Below are positions 42,561 through 58,746 of a DNA stretch of 64,000 nucleotides, piece after piece. A program made the translations under genes and the position numbers. The notes beneath the pieces are model-generated. The model was not told the DNA's origin. It worked only from the letters and a program-made list of their open reading frames with translations, and made no database searches. Origin of the DNA: the human T2T-CHM13v2.0 reference genome, Homo sapiens; assembly GCF_009914755.1 (NCBI RefSeq), contig NC_060930.1. The stretch is one strand, 5' to 3'. The stretch's first letter is position 1. Each line of letters begins with the position of its first letter.

Positions 42561-43191
42561 TGTTACAGGACTGCCAGGTTTGTATGCTCATTGTGCAGCA
42601 ATGGACCAATACACTGAGGCAGCAGGGTTTACAGCCGAGAATGAGTTTAATAATCACAAGGCCTTTGAACTAGGAAATGAGAGGAAATCTCAAGCCACAA
42701 ATTTGCTCCATGAAGGGGTCCTTTAAGGAGACTGTGGAGGATGAGAAGCTGAAAAATTTGGATTGTTGATTGGTCAGGGTAAGGGGGATGTAATCATCAG
42801 GATGTTGAAACTGCATTCCTCCATGAGTCAGTTTCTTGCTAGGTCGTTCAGAGCAGCTGGCATCACTAGTTTTGTTGGTATGTGGAACCTAAAGAATAAA
42901 TTCAAAAGCAAAGATTATCATCTCACAATGCCTTAGATTTTATCTATGGAACAGAAAAGGAACAAAAAGTCTCGTGACAAGGGCTACCTTATACTGGGGT
43001 AGTAAGCAGTGACCAGTTACAAGGAAGAGGACGAAAGGGCAAGCTGGCTTAATGATTAGTGCTGATTGTGCTGCCAGCTTAGGTGAGCTTTATTGTTTTC
43101 CTTAATCAACTTTGGCAGCACCACTGGTGTAGTGGTAATCATGCAAGAGTCTCTTAATCAATTTTATAAAGTTATCTTGGCGATGGTTTCA
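42561..43191 (-). mobile_element. ERV1 (MER4-group, LTR8/LTR26-like) solo LTR
   Basis: Termini TGTTAC...GGTTTCA (TGAAACC start on the minus strand) and MER4-group style interior. No clean TSD seen. Confidence 0.6.
43118..43153 (+). pseudogene. 5'-half fragment of tRNA-Gly(CCC), tailless retropseudogene
   Basis: GCACCACTGGTGTAGTGGTAATCATGCAAGAGTCTC versus recalled tRNA-Gly-CCC 5' end GCGCCGCTGGTGTAGTGGTATCATGCAAGATTCCC; flanked by CTTAATCAACTTT / CTTAATCAATTTT. Confidence 0.75.
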
Positions 43192-45677
43192 TTCTTGTTG
43201 ATCAAATGTATTGTGATACGTTCTTTCCATTAAGTTTTTAGATATTTTTACTTTGTCTTTCAAATTTACATGCCCCAAGCATTTAGGATATCAACTTACC
43301 ATATTGAAATAAAAAACACTGTATTAACGAGAGAGTGAGAACATGGCATTCAACTAAACTTTTATGATTCCTTGTATTTATTATGTTTCAAAGGGAAGTT
43401 GGCTCTTATTCCTTCCTCCCATAGAGTTGATGTTTCTTGTTTACCAAAGGAGCACGGATGACAACTATTCTCTTCTTTGTTTTTGGTAGATTGAAGGGCA
43501 GGTAGTGTTCTTTCACATACACTTACAGCAGGAAATACATTAAGGATTTCTTTGGCAATATGAGTAGCTTCTTATAATGTCCATCTCACAAAATACAGTC
43601 CTGTGGGAATTATTGTTTTCATTCCTTATTTCCTTATGTATCTATTCATTAAATTATTACTCAATAGCTAACGTCAAGTGGAGTACTGGGTGCAGGATAC
43701 TAAACAGAGGACTAGCTAAACACACAGCAAGCTTAATAATGAATAAACATACACTTAAGGAAGTCTAGGGAAAGCCTGAAAGACAATTTTTTAAAGGACT
43801 GGAACTTTATAAGGAAATAGGTAATGAAGGCAAATATAATTATAGTGGATACATAAGAAATAATGGTATTCAACTGTAAATTCTTGATATGATCACTGAT
43901 ACTGGAGTTAGAGAAACTGGGTTTAGGATCAATGTTAGACTTGCAACTCCTACTAAAGATCTCTGCAACCTCCTCTGCTGGAGTTCCAGTGTTTCTGTCT
44001 CTCAGAGTGAAGGGCCATGGAACCTCAGAAGGACTTCTGAGCTCTGAGATAACATACTTGCAGGGTGAGTACATCCAAAGAACTGCATTCAGAATTATAA
44101 AACAAAAATAATATCTAAAATAGAATACTAGGCAGGTGTTCAGAAACAATTCAACACAACAAGTATACCCTGAACATCAGTATGGATCTACAGGGTGCTA
44201 AGCGCTTTAGCGGGCACTAGAGAAAAATCATCTATTACTCCAAATAGCTTATATAACCTGATTGGGTTGATGAGGCATGCACAGCTCACATGAGCAGTGT
44301 TGTGTCCCCATTTCAGCATGGGTCCACATTCCAAGAAATGCCATTCTAACTCTAGAGGCTTAAATAAACTCCAATTGCTTTTCTACAGTGTATGGTTTTT
44401 CTATAAAACTTGGGAGAAAAAATTTCCATCTTATTACACTTTCCCAGACGAATCTGTACAATGGAGACAAAAGAAAGTTATTTATAACCAGTGCAACTTG
44501 CTGTCTCATCTCTTAACTAGTTCCCCCCGACTCCCTGGCTTTCTGTTTCTCCGGTGGGATTGGGATATTTGTAATTGCAGAGAGTGTAAATGTGATAGCA
44601 TCGGGATTTAAATTGAAGGAGGTAAAGAGCATCTCTAGCCTGATGCACTCATGTGTTTTACCATTAGAACTAGTCTTTGCCCACACGCTTCTGATCACTG
44701 TACACTAAGCAGGAGCAGCATCAAGTTGATACTGTCTCATTTGAATTCCTCCTACAAAGGTCTTTCACCTGCAAAAGAGGTTAGGTGGCCACTTAATATT
44801 CCACAGTGCCAAAAACAAAGCAAGCATAAGAATGTCCCTGACTCCTCAAAATGATCGTAGCTACTTATGTCTGTTGTATGCCACAGAATTGGTGTCCCAG
44901 TTGGCTCTGTGGGATGTCCTAATGAATGGGACAATTTTAATACACTTTGCCTCCCTATCACTATACTTCAGACACCAGTTCAAGTATTCTGTTAACATTT
45001 AATATCAGAATAAAATATAATGTTCTGCTTATGTTCTGCACAATGCACTTTAGAATGAGACTTTTATTGAGTGAACATTTTCCTATAAAGGCAATTTAGA
45101 TTTGCATGAACACATTGGTAGTCTTATCATACTGTTGTCATAAGTCATTTTTGCACTTAAAAAAGCTCTAAGTCTTTGTCATATGAGATACTTATGCACC
45201 AAGTATTGCTCAACTTGTTCTTTTACAACTGATTTTTAACCTAAATTCCATCTTAGTTACTACTGCATTCTAGCTTTTGATGTTTGCCACCCTTGAGTCT
45301 GTCAGTTAAGGTACAGTATTAGCCACCTGTTCAAGATTAGGATGATTCTGTTCACCTTTAAGGACTCCTCTTTTTATCATGACAAGTTATTTAGAAAGCT
45401 AAGCAATGTGATAAAAATGTTGTTTTTTGAACTTAAAATGAGAGCAAAGGGAAATGGTTTTGAGAGGAATTTTATTCAGCTCACAATAAGGTTAATGGAA
45501 GAGTCCTGTGCTGGGTGGAATATTCTCCCCTAATGACTGCACTGGAGTCTGGCAAATTTGGTGTCTGCCTTCCATATTCCATGCCTTAGGTCAGTCAATC
45601 ACAAATTTTCATAGTTAGAACACACATTGCTGAATCTTACCCCAGTTTCTGATTCAGTGTTGTTGTTTTTTTTTTGA

Positions 45678-47386
<1,709 letters not shown>

Positions 47387-47694
47387 ATTTTTCAACTAGA
47401 TTAAGCATTTTTTCAACTAGATTAAGATATCCATAATAATATTAGTATATAGACCCACATTTGAACAAAGTATTTAATGAATTCTGCTGAAACTTTAGAT
47501 TAAATGTGGGCAATAACATATAGATTTATAAAACAGAATCAATTTTGATTTATATTTATAAACTATCAAAAAGAAACAAATTTAGTGTAGCAAATTTAAA
47601 AATTATATTTTACTGTTTTACATATAATATCATGGTTTAAAAATGATGAAATCACTTTAAATTGGAGGAATTTCTCATAGATTAATGCCAAGGT

Positions 47695-47805
47695 TTTCTT
47701 TTATTTTTTTCCCAGGCTGGCCTCAAACTACTGAGTTCAAGCAATCCTCCTATCTCAGCCTCCTAAGTAGCTTGGATTCCAAGTGCACACCACCATGCCC
47801 AGCTT
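47695..47805 (-). mobile_element. FLAM / Alu monomer
   Basis: cccaggctggcctcaaactactgagttcaagcaatcctcc...ccaccatgcccagc. Confidence 0.8.
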
Positions 47806-48394
47806 CAAGATTTTTTTTTGCCCTTTCCATTTGTCATATGTTAATCAATATATTGCTTTCCTCCTTGTCATTATTCCTTGTTAACTGACAGTGATCTCAT
47901 GATCACCTTGAAATGTTTTTTAATATCCCCCAAGCATTTAAATAATTATTTACTATGTCCTCACAGGTTAGATCATTCTTTTTCTCCTTCAGATAATTGT
48001 GCCAGGCTGTAGAGTTTAAAGATCCATCTCCGTGAAATAAAGTAATAAAAAATAAAAGTTAAATAATCATCTGTCTCTCTGGCATCTATACTATACTATT
48101 TCATCCTTTCCTCATCTTCTTGTTTTTGACACTTTTGGTGGACCTTTGCTCTTATTTTCACAAACTTTTTTAAATTCTGGGATTTAGCATATTGTTTCAC
48201 TTACTTCCCAGGAATCTCAGGTGGTATTGTGGCTTTAGGTGCCGTCTATACAAAGATGATTTTCAAATCTTTATCTCCATTTTAGACTAAATCCCTCCTT
48301 ATATATTCAACTGTCTTCTCTATGCCTACACTTTCAACATGTCCAAACTGAACACCTGATTTAGTTCTAGCAACCATATAACATACTCTAGTTA

Positions 48395-48549
48395 TCTATT
48401 TATTTTCTTTCTCTCTTTCCCTTTCTTCCTTCCTTCTTCCCCATCCCTCCCTCCCTCCCTCCTCCTCCTATTCCTCCTGTTCCTCCTCTTCCTCCTTCTC
48501 CTTCCTTCCCACCTCCCTCCTTCCCTCCATCTTTCTCTTTCTTTCTTTT

Positions 48550-48610
<61 letters not shown>

Positions 48611-48832
48611 TTTCTTTCTTTTCTTTCTTTCTTTCTTCTCTCTCTTTCTGTCTCTTTCTCTTTCTTTTTCTTTTTTCTCTTTCTTTTTCTCTTTCTTTTT
48701 CTTTCTTTTTTCTTCCTTCTTTTTCCTTCCTTCCTCCCTCCCTTCCCTCATTCCTGCCCTCTCTCCTTCTCTTCCTCCTTTCCCTCCTTCCCTCCATCCC
48801 TTCCTCCCTTCCTCCCTTCTTTTCTTCCTGTT
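48395..48832. repeat. Long polypyrimidine tract with (TTTC)n core
   Basis: Directly visible; (TTTC)n run at about 48548-48600. Confidence 0.97.
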
Positions 48833-48845
48833 TCAAGTTGAGGTT

Positions 48846-49212
<367 letters not shown>

Positions 49213-49368
49213 TTAATTGCATAGCTCATTTAATTTCTAAACATGTGTATACCTATGTAAATAGCACTCTAAAGGGCTCCTTCATGTTCACCCAACCAGG
49301 ACCCTTCAAGGTTTAATCCATTTCTTGTCACCATTTTTATAATTATGGGTTTTTAATATAATAGAAAC

Positions 49369-49830
<462 letters not shown>

Positions 49831-49929
49831 CTAAGAGCTTTATATAAAGGAAATATTTATTTTCAAATTAAATGTCCAGTTTGAATATATTTTTCATTCA
49901 AGCTATGAGCTAATTTTAGTTTTCATCAG

Positions 49930-50515
49930 GAAGCAGAATTGTGGTAGTGCTTAAAAGTATAAGACTTTGAGTCCTACTATATCTGTACTGAGTACATGCT
50001 TTGATGTTCGTTGGCTGATTGTATCTGGGCAAAGTACTTAATCTTCCTATCCTTGTTTCCTCATCCGTAAAATAAAGAGAAAGGAATATTGGGAGGATAA
50101 AGTGCAAAAATGAATATAATCGTCCCTCAGTAGCAATGGGGGATTTATTCTAAGACCCTTTGAAGATACGAAAATCCACTGAAGCTCAAGTCCTTTATAT
50201 AAAATGGTGTTGCATTTGTTATGACCTACACACACCCTCCCACATACTTTAAAACATCTCTAGATTGCTTATAATACCAGATACAATTTAAATCCTATAC
50301 AAACAATTGTTATATTGTATTTTTTAGGGAATAATGACAAGAAAAAGTCTGTGCATGTTCAATACATATGCAACCATCTGTATGGTACTTTTTTCCTACT
50401 ATTTTTGATGATCAGTGGTTAGTTGAATCCATGGACGTAGAACTCACAGATATGGAGGACCGACTATATAAGGAATTCAGCATGGCCCCTGGGATACAGT
50501 ATGTTTTCTAATTAA
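49930..50515 (+). mobile_element. MIR interrupted by MER2
   Basis: gactttgagtc...ctgggcaaagtacttaatcttc...ttgtttcctcatccgtaaaat; resumes after 50466. Confidence 0.65.
50117..50466 (+). mobile_element. MER2 (TcMar-Tigger MITE)
   Basis: TIRs aatcgtccctcagta...gatatggaggaccgact with TA flanks; about 350 bp. Confidence 0.85.
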
Positions 50516-51404
50516 CTTCTGCAGTGCTAAGGGGAAGCAGAGAAGAAAATTAAAATGTATTGAGTATCATTAGTACCTCTTACTCTTGAATATCTTACAT
50601 ACTTAACTTAAAAAAGAAATCTACTTAATTTGAAATAAATCAATATCCAATGGCATTAAAATTTTAACATGTAAATTAGGGGTATCTTATACAATCATAT
50701 TTCTCAATACCATGGGGTTTAAGATCATTCTCATTGTTTTTATATGTGGATGTGTTTGGATTTGTGTGCCACATACATACACACACTTATATAGTTTTCC
50801 CCTCTACCTACTATTGAAAGGGACAGAAAGTCTAAACTTTCAGTCAATTAGTACTGGGTATCCTTTGGCTCATAGAGACTTTTTGCATGCATACTAACAG
50901 AACTTTCATCTCCTCTGTAGCATATCCCCTTTTGTTACTCTCTACTCCAGCCTCTTTCACAGCTCTGGGATGCTAAGGACTCTGATGCCTGGGAACTCTG
51001 TGAGCACACTGCCAATAGTCCCAGGTCTCACAAATGAGTTTCTGTTTTGGGCTCCCCGGATGCCTCCCATGGCTGCCATTGCCTCATCAGCCCCCACTGC
51101 CTTTGCCACTGGCCACCAATGCTGCAGTGATAAAGATGGACACTTCATACGAGCAGCATGAAATGGTGTTTTCTGAAATTTCCTCTAACTTAAAGTCACA
51201 CTGTGTTCCTTTAGAAAGTCGTAAGACAGCATTTCCACCCTTTGGTGTTACACTGTATCATTTTATGAATCATTTTTATGATCCTAAGGAAAGGTTGTCT
51301 CTGCAGTGACTGGAGATGTCTATGTCCTTATTTCCTACTTCTAAAATTATCAACTGATGAAGGCAGGGACTCACTTTGTTCACTGGTATTTCCCTGACAG
51401 CTCT

Positions 51405-52445
51405 GTTTATCTCTGTATGTTAAAAACCATAAATTCATACCGATACCACCAATTTCAATAGAACACCACAGGGTTTATTCCTACATTCTCCTTTCTCATA
51501 TGTTTAAATCCCTTCTCTAATAGTGAGAAACCTGGTTCTCATTATTCATAATGTATTTATTCATTTGTTCAGTCGTAACATATATAGTCAGTTTCAGAAC
51601 TACTAACTCATGTGTCTATGGTAAAAATAAACACAACTTTATTGACTGGAGTCAAACATTTGTTTGCAGTTTTTATCTTTACCTAGAAGGAATATGGCAT
51701 TATAATACTCGTTAGGTCGGCTGTTTTTTCCCCCACTTTTTATTGTGATTATTTATTTGAAATATAGTTTGTTTTTTGTTTCTATCCTGTTTTTGGGCTT
51801 TCCCCCACTTCTTAATTATATTAATTATACTTTATTTTAATGAGTATGTAAGACATTAATATAATTCACAAGCTGAAACTATACAAAGAGGAATACCCAG
51901 AGAAATATCACTCCTCCCAACCATTTTTTCTTACACCATTGTCATCCTCCAACCAGCCCACCCCATTCTCAGCCACCCATGGTATACTAGTGTCAATACT
52001 TTCTAGTATACTCTATGTTGCATCAACATTTTGCAAAAATGTGAAGCCATATATTTTTTGTATTTATCATTTTTTAATACAAAAAGTAGAATACTATAAA
52101 AATGTTTTGCTCTTCGCTGTCTTTCAATTAGCAATATATACTGAAGATACGTCCATATCAGCTCATAAATATCCTTATTATTCATTTTAAAAGCTGCATA
52201 ATAATCAATTGTGTGGATGCATTGTAGTTTATTTAACCTGCCTTTTGTGTATGTATAGATTATTTCCAATACAAATAACATTTTAATAAATAATCTTGCA
52301 CATATGTATTTTCATATTCTTGGAACAACAATATGAAATTGCTAGAAGCGAATTAATGATCATTTCTAAAGGACTGGTAGAGTAAAGGATAAATGCACAT
52401 GCAACTTTGTTAGATATTGCCAAATCTCCCTCTCTGGTTTCAAAA
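51405..52445 (-). mobile_element. Old L1 (L1MC/MD-like) 3' region
   Basis: ttaaaaaccataaattcataccgatacc...gtgagaaacctggttctcatt...gatattgccaaatc. Confidence 0.65.
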
Positions 52446-52459
52446 TGAAAATACCAATA

Positions 52460-53163
52460 AAAAACCCACAATGAGATACCATCTCACACAAGTTAGAAAG
52501 GCGATCATTAAAAAGTCAGGAAACAACAGGTGCTGGAGTGGATGTGGAGAAATAGGAACACTTTTACACTGTTGGTGGGACTGTAAACTAGTTCGACCAT
52601 TGTAGAAGTTGGTGTGGCGATTCCTCAGGGATCTAGAACTAGAAATACCATTTGACCCAGCCATCCCATTACTGGGTATATACCCAAAGGATTATAAATC
52701 ATGCTACTATAAAGACACATGCACACATATGCTTATTGCGGCACTATTCACAATAGCAAAGTCTTGGAACCAATCCAAATGTCCAACAATGATAGACTGG
52801 ATTAAGAAAATGTGGCACATATACACCATGGAATACTATGCAGCCATAAAAAATGATGAGTTCATGTCCTTTGTAGGGACATGGATGAAGCTGGAAACCA
52901 TCATTCTCAGCAAACTATCTCAAGGACAAAAAACCAAACACCGTATGTTCTCACTCATAGGTGGGAATTGAACAATGAGAACACATGGACACAGGAGGGG
53001 AACATCACACACCAGGGATGGTTGTGGGATGGGGGGAGAGGGGAGGGAGAGTGTTAGGAGATATACCTAATGCTAAATGATGAGGTAATGGGTGCAGCAC
53101 ACCAACATGTCACATGTATACATATGTAACAAACCTGCACATTGTGCACATGTGCCTAAAAAA
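52460..53163 (+). mobile_element. Young L1PA (about PA3-PA4) 3' 700 bp
   Basis: ORF 52609-52971 is the ORF2p C-terminus (…HRMFSLIGGN); 3' UTR ggagatatacctaatgctaaatga. Confidence 0.93.
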
Positions 53164-54805
53164 GCCTTTAATTTTTAAATACAATTATCAGTACTGTCTA
53201 TAAGCCTAAAACTTTAATTTTAATCTTATACTTAACAAATATACAATGTATAAAATATTAAGTGAAATGTTTTATTAATGTATTAGCATATTCAATAAAT
53301 AAATATGAACTAGCATATGTAGTATAAACGTTGATAAAGCATGAATCATTCTCAAGCTACTAAAAATTTCTTTTTCTTACATCACTTTCTGCCAGGAGTA
53401 ATATTATCTAACTCTTCCTGTCCTTTGACATCACTGGAAGCATCACATTGAGCTTCTAAATTTTCTATGCAGAAACTTTTCATTCCTAGAATCTTGAAAT
53501 TCAGTGTTCTCGCACAAAACTCTTGTCATGCGAACAAGGGCAAATGACCACACAGTACCCATGCCAAAACTGCTGGAGTTGGGATTACTGGGGAAAATTC
53601 ATAGAGGAGGGGTCAGAGGGTTAATCTGTTGTTCATCACCATTTGGGTCAGTGTGAAGAGATACAGTAGGTTCAGACATGAGACTGTTAGAGATTTCCAT
53701 CCTTGAGCCCTGGAGCCTTTAAGTTTCACGATCACACAACGTGGGTTTCTCCTCTCATGTACTCAGGGGCGAGGATCAGAAGTGAAATGAACCTTGCTTC
53801 AGTTCCACTGTGGTACCTCTGCTTTCTGGATTGGGGCAGGCTTGGGGGACAGTTACCCCTCCCCTGATGCAGCAGAGGCCTGGGATCTAAGCCGGATGGT
53901 TAAAGTCATATGGCGTAACAAATAAACAACAGTATTAGGCACACCTGTGTTCACAACTGGGGAAATACCAGCCCTTCCTTTGATATGCCGAGGGACTGAT
54001 GTTCAAGTTTTGAGAAACTGTCTCAATCACTGGGCCATAGCTTGTTGCCATGGAGCTTTGAAGGAAGTCAGTCCCATCTCTGGGAGGTCAACCTGCAATG
54101 GATGAGTCCTAAGACAAGCAAAGTCTTACTGTTCACTCTTAGTTTTACATCTTTAAAACAAATTAACAAAACTATGGTTCTGAAAAATTAAGTGACATGC
54201 ATATTTACAGTTGGAGAAAAGCTTGAACAGGATTCAGTTTTCCTTGTATTTAGAAAAGCATGTTTGTTTTTGTGTTATGTGGTGCTTCTTCTGTTAATAC
54301 TAGAAGACTTTAAGATAAGGATGTTTCTTTTTTATTTTTTAAGGCTAGTCAACTGGGAAATATACAGAATATAAATACAAATAAAATACAAAATAAAAAT
54401 GCTTTTTTTTTCAATTAGGAAAATACATTAAAATATTATCTGCCACAAATGAGTCACTGGGCATTTACTAGCAACCTAGCTGGTAACTAATTGGGCTTTA
54501 AGGTACAGGCCAAAAAGCCATTATATTGTGATGAGAAAATATTCCGAAAACAGATCTTACTCTGTTAATGTTACCTGTTGAGTGGGGATTGCCTCTAAAT
54601 TTTGTAGAAAATTTTGAGTACCATTAATGTCTATGCTGAGAGCCTCTTTCCAAAATGACTGCTTTACATTACCTTATTTCCACAAAAATGCATTTTTGAA
54701 TCTCATTACTTTCATTTAAAAAGTCTCATATTGATTAAGGTATTATTAGTTGAATTATTTGTAGCAGTTACATTATCTTTATAGTTTGCTCTGAGTAAAC
54801 ACTAG

Positions 54806-55148
<343 letters not shown>

Positions 55149-57429
55149 TGAATTTCTGATGAAAGAAAATGACCATTCCTAAAGCATAATTTAAAACCAC
55201 CACACATATTTAGACAGACCCTTTTATACTAGCATATTTAAAATTATATTACAGACATCAAAACATCCCAATCAACACCAAATTAATATATACCTCTAGT
55301 ATGGTATTTATCATATTGGGCTATAATTACTTATGTTTTTATTATTTTCTTGCTTATATGTATTTTAATGCTATAAAATGGCACTGAGTTATTAATCTAT
55401 TTTACTGGAATATAGCAGAGTCCTGGATGATAATAACATTGTTTATTAATCACTCATTATGTGCCAAGCAGTATTTTAAATAACTTACTACCTAAACAAC
55501 TCAAAATATTACTAAAACTAATTAGTTTAATGAGATGACTGGATATAAAATAGGTATAAAAATTTCTTTTTTAAAAATAATAACAATAATGCTTTAATCA
55601 TTAAAAATTTACTCCATAACTTTTACATTTTTAGGAATAAGTTTTATTAAAAAGGAACAAAATGTACATTAAATATTTTCTAATGTTTTCTAAGAACATA
55701 AAGTATACTCTGAGTAAATGGAGGAACTTATCACATTCTTAGATAGTATGGGTTAATCTAAGTTCTAATCAGAATCCCCCTCTCCTCACTATTCTTAACA
55801 AAAAGGTGATAAATTCACCCTCTTCCACATCACTCTTTCTTTCCAGAGAGAAACCAAGTTAGAGGACAGTGGGAGGGTTTTCAAAGCAGAAGACAAAAAT
55901 GAGTATATTAAAAAAAATTCTCAGCTGTTTATAAGAGCATCTTCTATCTTTAAAATTTCTATATCTGCTTTATTGGAATTAATAAATATCAGTCAGCAAT
56001 TTAAAGAGAACTTGCATTTGGAACATAGTTATGGATTTTCCTAATGTAAAATTCATATTGTTTGTTTATCAAAAAAGTTTTTAATATTCTGTACCCTTAG
56101 GTATCTTGTCTCCTATTTAGTCAATACCTGATTGAGAACAGAATTGATGATAAAGACATCTCCATTCATGTGGTAAATACTGAATGATAGCCTACCATAT
56201 GTACACCACAGTGTGCATGCACTGCAAGCCATAGGAATAAATAGTCACAGGTTTCTCCTGGGGTAACTTAATATTTAATAGAGAAAGCACGTTTTCATGA
56301 AAGAAACCCAAACAAATCCTGTGTGATCCAAGAGGAAGGAGTAATTTCACATGAAACATTTGACTGAAATTAAAATTAAATACGATTCTGACCAGATTAA
56401 GTAAGAAAAACTAAGATAAACAAAAGCAAGGAAGTATGAAAAGAAATAGGCTGAGGCACAATCAAATGACAGAAATCAATGAATTATGGGAGCATGAATG
56501 TAGAAGGAAACACAGATTAATAGTTAATATATGACCAAATGAAGGAGGAACTTGAGTTAGCAATGATATCATAATGTTCACTGAAAATGTTCATTTTGGA
56601 AAAGATTTAGCAAAATCTATAAAATCAAATGTTTGTGGGTATTTGGAGTATTTCTGAAGACATTTTACTTTAGATTTGGACATTTTCGTTGGTTAAAAAG
56701 TTATATATCAAAATCGTCATTAACATTTTGAAAAATTAAATAACTATACAGTATCTAAGAATTTACTATTATTATTGTAGAATGAAGGTAAGCTTAGTGA
56801 TACAAATTCAATTATATAAGACAAAACATACATTACACTAAAACAACTGTTCAGTTTAGTGGGAGAAAAAGTGTTTTGAGTGTAACTCTTAATTAGCAAT
56901 TAAATTTTAAAGATTCTGGTATAGAGGGTTTTTTTTTTTAACCAGTCACTAGAGTTAGATAAATTTTAAGAATGCTATGAGAATAGCAAAGATTTTCCTA
57001 CTACCTGAAAGTATTTATAAAGGTTATTTTTTAGTCACTTCTGTTAAGGACCAGATCAGATCTTCCACCCACAAAGCTAACTCTAATCTTAAAATTTTAA
57101 AGAAAACTCTGTATTTAAAACCTTTCAAATGCCACCCCAATAACGGAGTGCTTCATATGAGAACCACTCAAGTGGAATATTCTGTTTGCTTCTCTCTCAC
57201 ATTGTCACACTACCTCAGTGCTCTTGCAGTTACAAATATAAATATTCCTTTTCTCTCCTAAAATAGGCTTAAATATTTTAAAACATAGTTTGTAAGACAC
57301 TTGAATTATTAAGATTAGGATGAAGAAACGCTCATCTTGTCAAAAAATCAATTTCCAAAGAAATTCTTGGGGAGCTATATATACAATGAATATATTCTAT
57401 AATAGGCAATTTATCTTCTAGACACAGTT

Positions 57430-57830
57430 TAATTTTGATTTATTCTTGTAATTTGTTTCAAGTCTGTGTCAGGGTATGTTTTCCTTTTACTATATTGCTG
57501 ATACATTTACTAAATGTTTGTTTAAAATTTTTTCATCTATGCTCATGATAGCGATAGATCTCTCTCTATATATTTTTTCCGTTGAAATGTCTTTAGTTTT
57601 AGTACTAAGATAATACTATCTTAAAGACTGAATTAAGAAGTATTTTCTCCCATGTAATTTTCTGGAAGAAACTGTAAAATTGCTATTAATTATTCTTTTA
57701 AGTATTTGACAGAATTATGTGGTGAAACCATTTGGGGGCCTAGAAATTTCCTTTTTGGAAGCTTTAAGATTATTAATTCAATTTCCTTAATGGTTATAGG
57801 ATGATTCAGATAATCTGTTTAATTCTGTAG
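57430..57830 (-). mobile_element. Old L1M ORF2 fragment
   Basis: ttctggaagaaactgtaaaattgctattaattattc...gtggtgaaaccatttggggg...ttattaattcaatttcctt. Confidence 0.6.
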
Positions 57831-58334
57831 GCATTAGTAGCTCATGCTATTTCACCATCTGTCTAGCCAGATCTACTTTCTGGTTTTCAATAAACTTTCC
57901 ACTTTTAAAAAAAGTTTTAGTATATGTTTTCTCATCTATAAGATGGGCTTACTTTACCCTGTTGTTACCAACCTAATATTGATTATTCCACTTGTTTGTT
58001 TTCTTGGAAGGCTGTATTTGTATATTTGGTTAAATTATGTCCTCTTTTCGTTGGCTTTAAAAAAATCAACTAAACCAGTAGGGAGATCAAAATATCAAAA
58101 AGGAGAAAGCAAGTAAGAGTAGAACTGATTCATTTTTTGTTAAAATTTAACTTTATAGACAACTATTTTGAAAATGTTGCTGTTTTATCATTTATCTCAG
58201 ATGAATCTAGCTGGAGTTAATTATGAATGGTATAAAATATTGCATAAGAATCATATCATATGGTTGCTTAGAAAAGTTCTTTGTTCGAAAAGCTGATTAC
58301 TTTTGTTTAAAAGAAAGGTCATTAAGACAACGGC

Positions 58335-58746
58335 AGATGTAAAGCTTTGAATTTATTGTTTATGCAAGTAAAAACTCAGGTAGTAGGAATGGCAATGATG
58401 TTACAGTCTTCTTCTTTAGCATGTTTCAGGAAATACGTAATGCACCATTTTGATCCAAAGTCCTAGTGACCTAAATCCTATGGTTATACAGTTTTCAAAA
58501 TCCTCAACCTGATTCAGTTCGTTATAAAGCACTAAATTTATGTCAGAGTTCACAGTTGTCATCATCTACTATGCTACTTTTGTAAATCATTGCCTGAAAG
58601 TGATTTCTGTGATGATCTGGGGGAGAAGATGCATTGCTCTTTGAAATCAAATTTGTCACTAACATACATACAATTTCCCCTGGTATGTCGCAATTAAATG
58701 ATGCAGCCCTTATCCATGCAGTCTTGCACAATGCTCACTAGGTAAA
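58335..58746 (-). other. CRISP2: CRISP2 3' UTR
   Basis: Lies between the stop codon (58747-58749) and the AATAAA at 58352-58357; the cleavage site is estimated. Confidence 0.75.
58352..58357 (-). terminator. CRISP2: Polyadenylation signal AATAAA of CRISP2
   Basis: tttatt on the plus strand about 390 nt past the stop, with T-rich sequence further downstream on the minus strand. Confidence 0.75.

Noticed and set aside
43118-43191. Functional tRNA gene or retroviral primer-binding site
   Set aside because: Only the 5' half is present (no T-arm/B-box). A PBS would be complementary to the tRNA 3' end and lie just outside the LTR, not inside it.
43733-44149. 138-aa minus-strand ORF
   Set aside because: Runs across MIR/L2-like remnants, has low-information composition and resembles no family I recognise.
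50957-51309. Cluster of overlapping short ORFs in a GC-richer patch
   Set aside because: No recognisable protein or convincing splice pattern; more likely an old LTR-type remnant that I could not classify.
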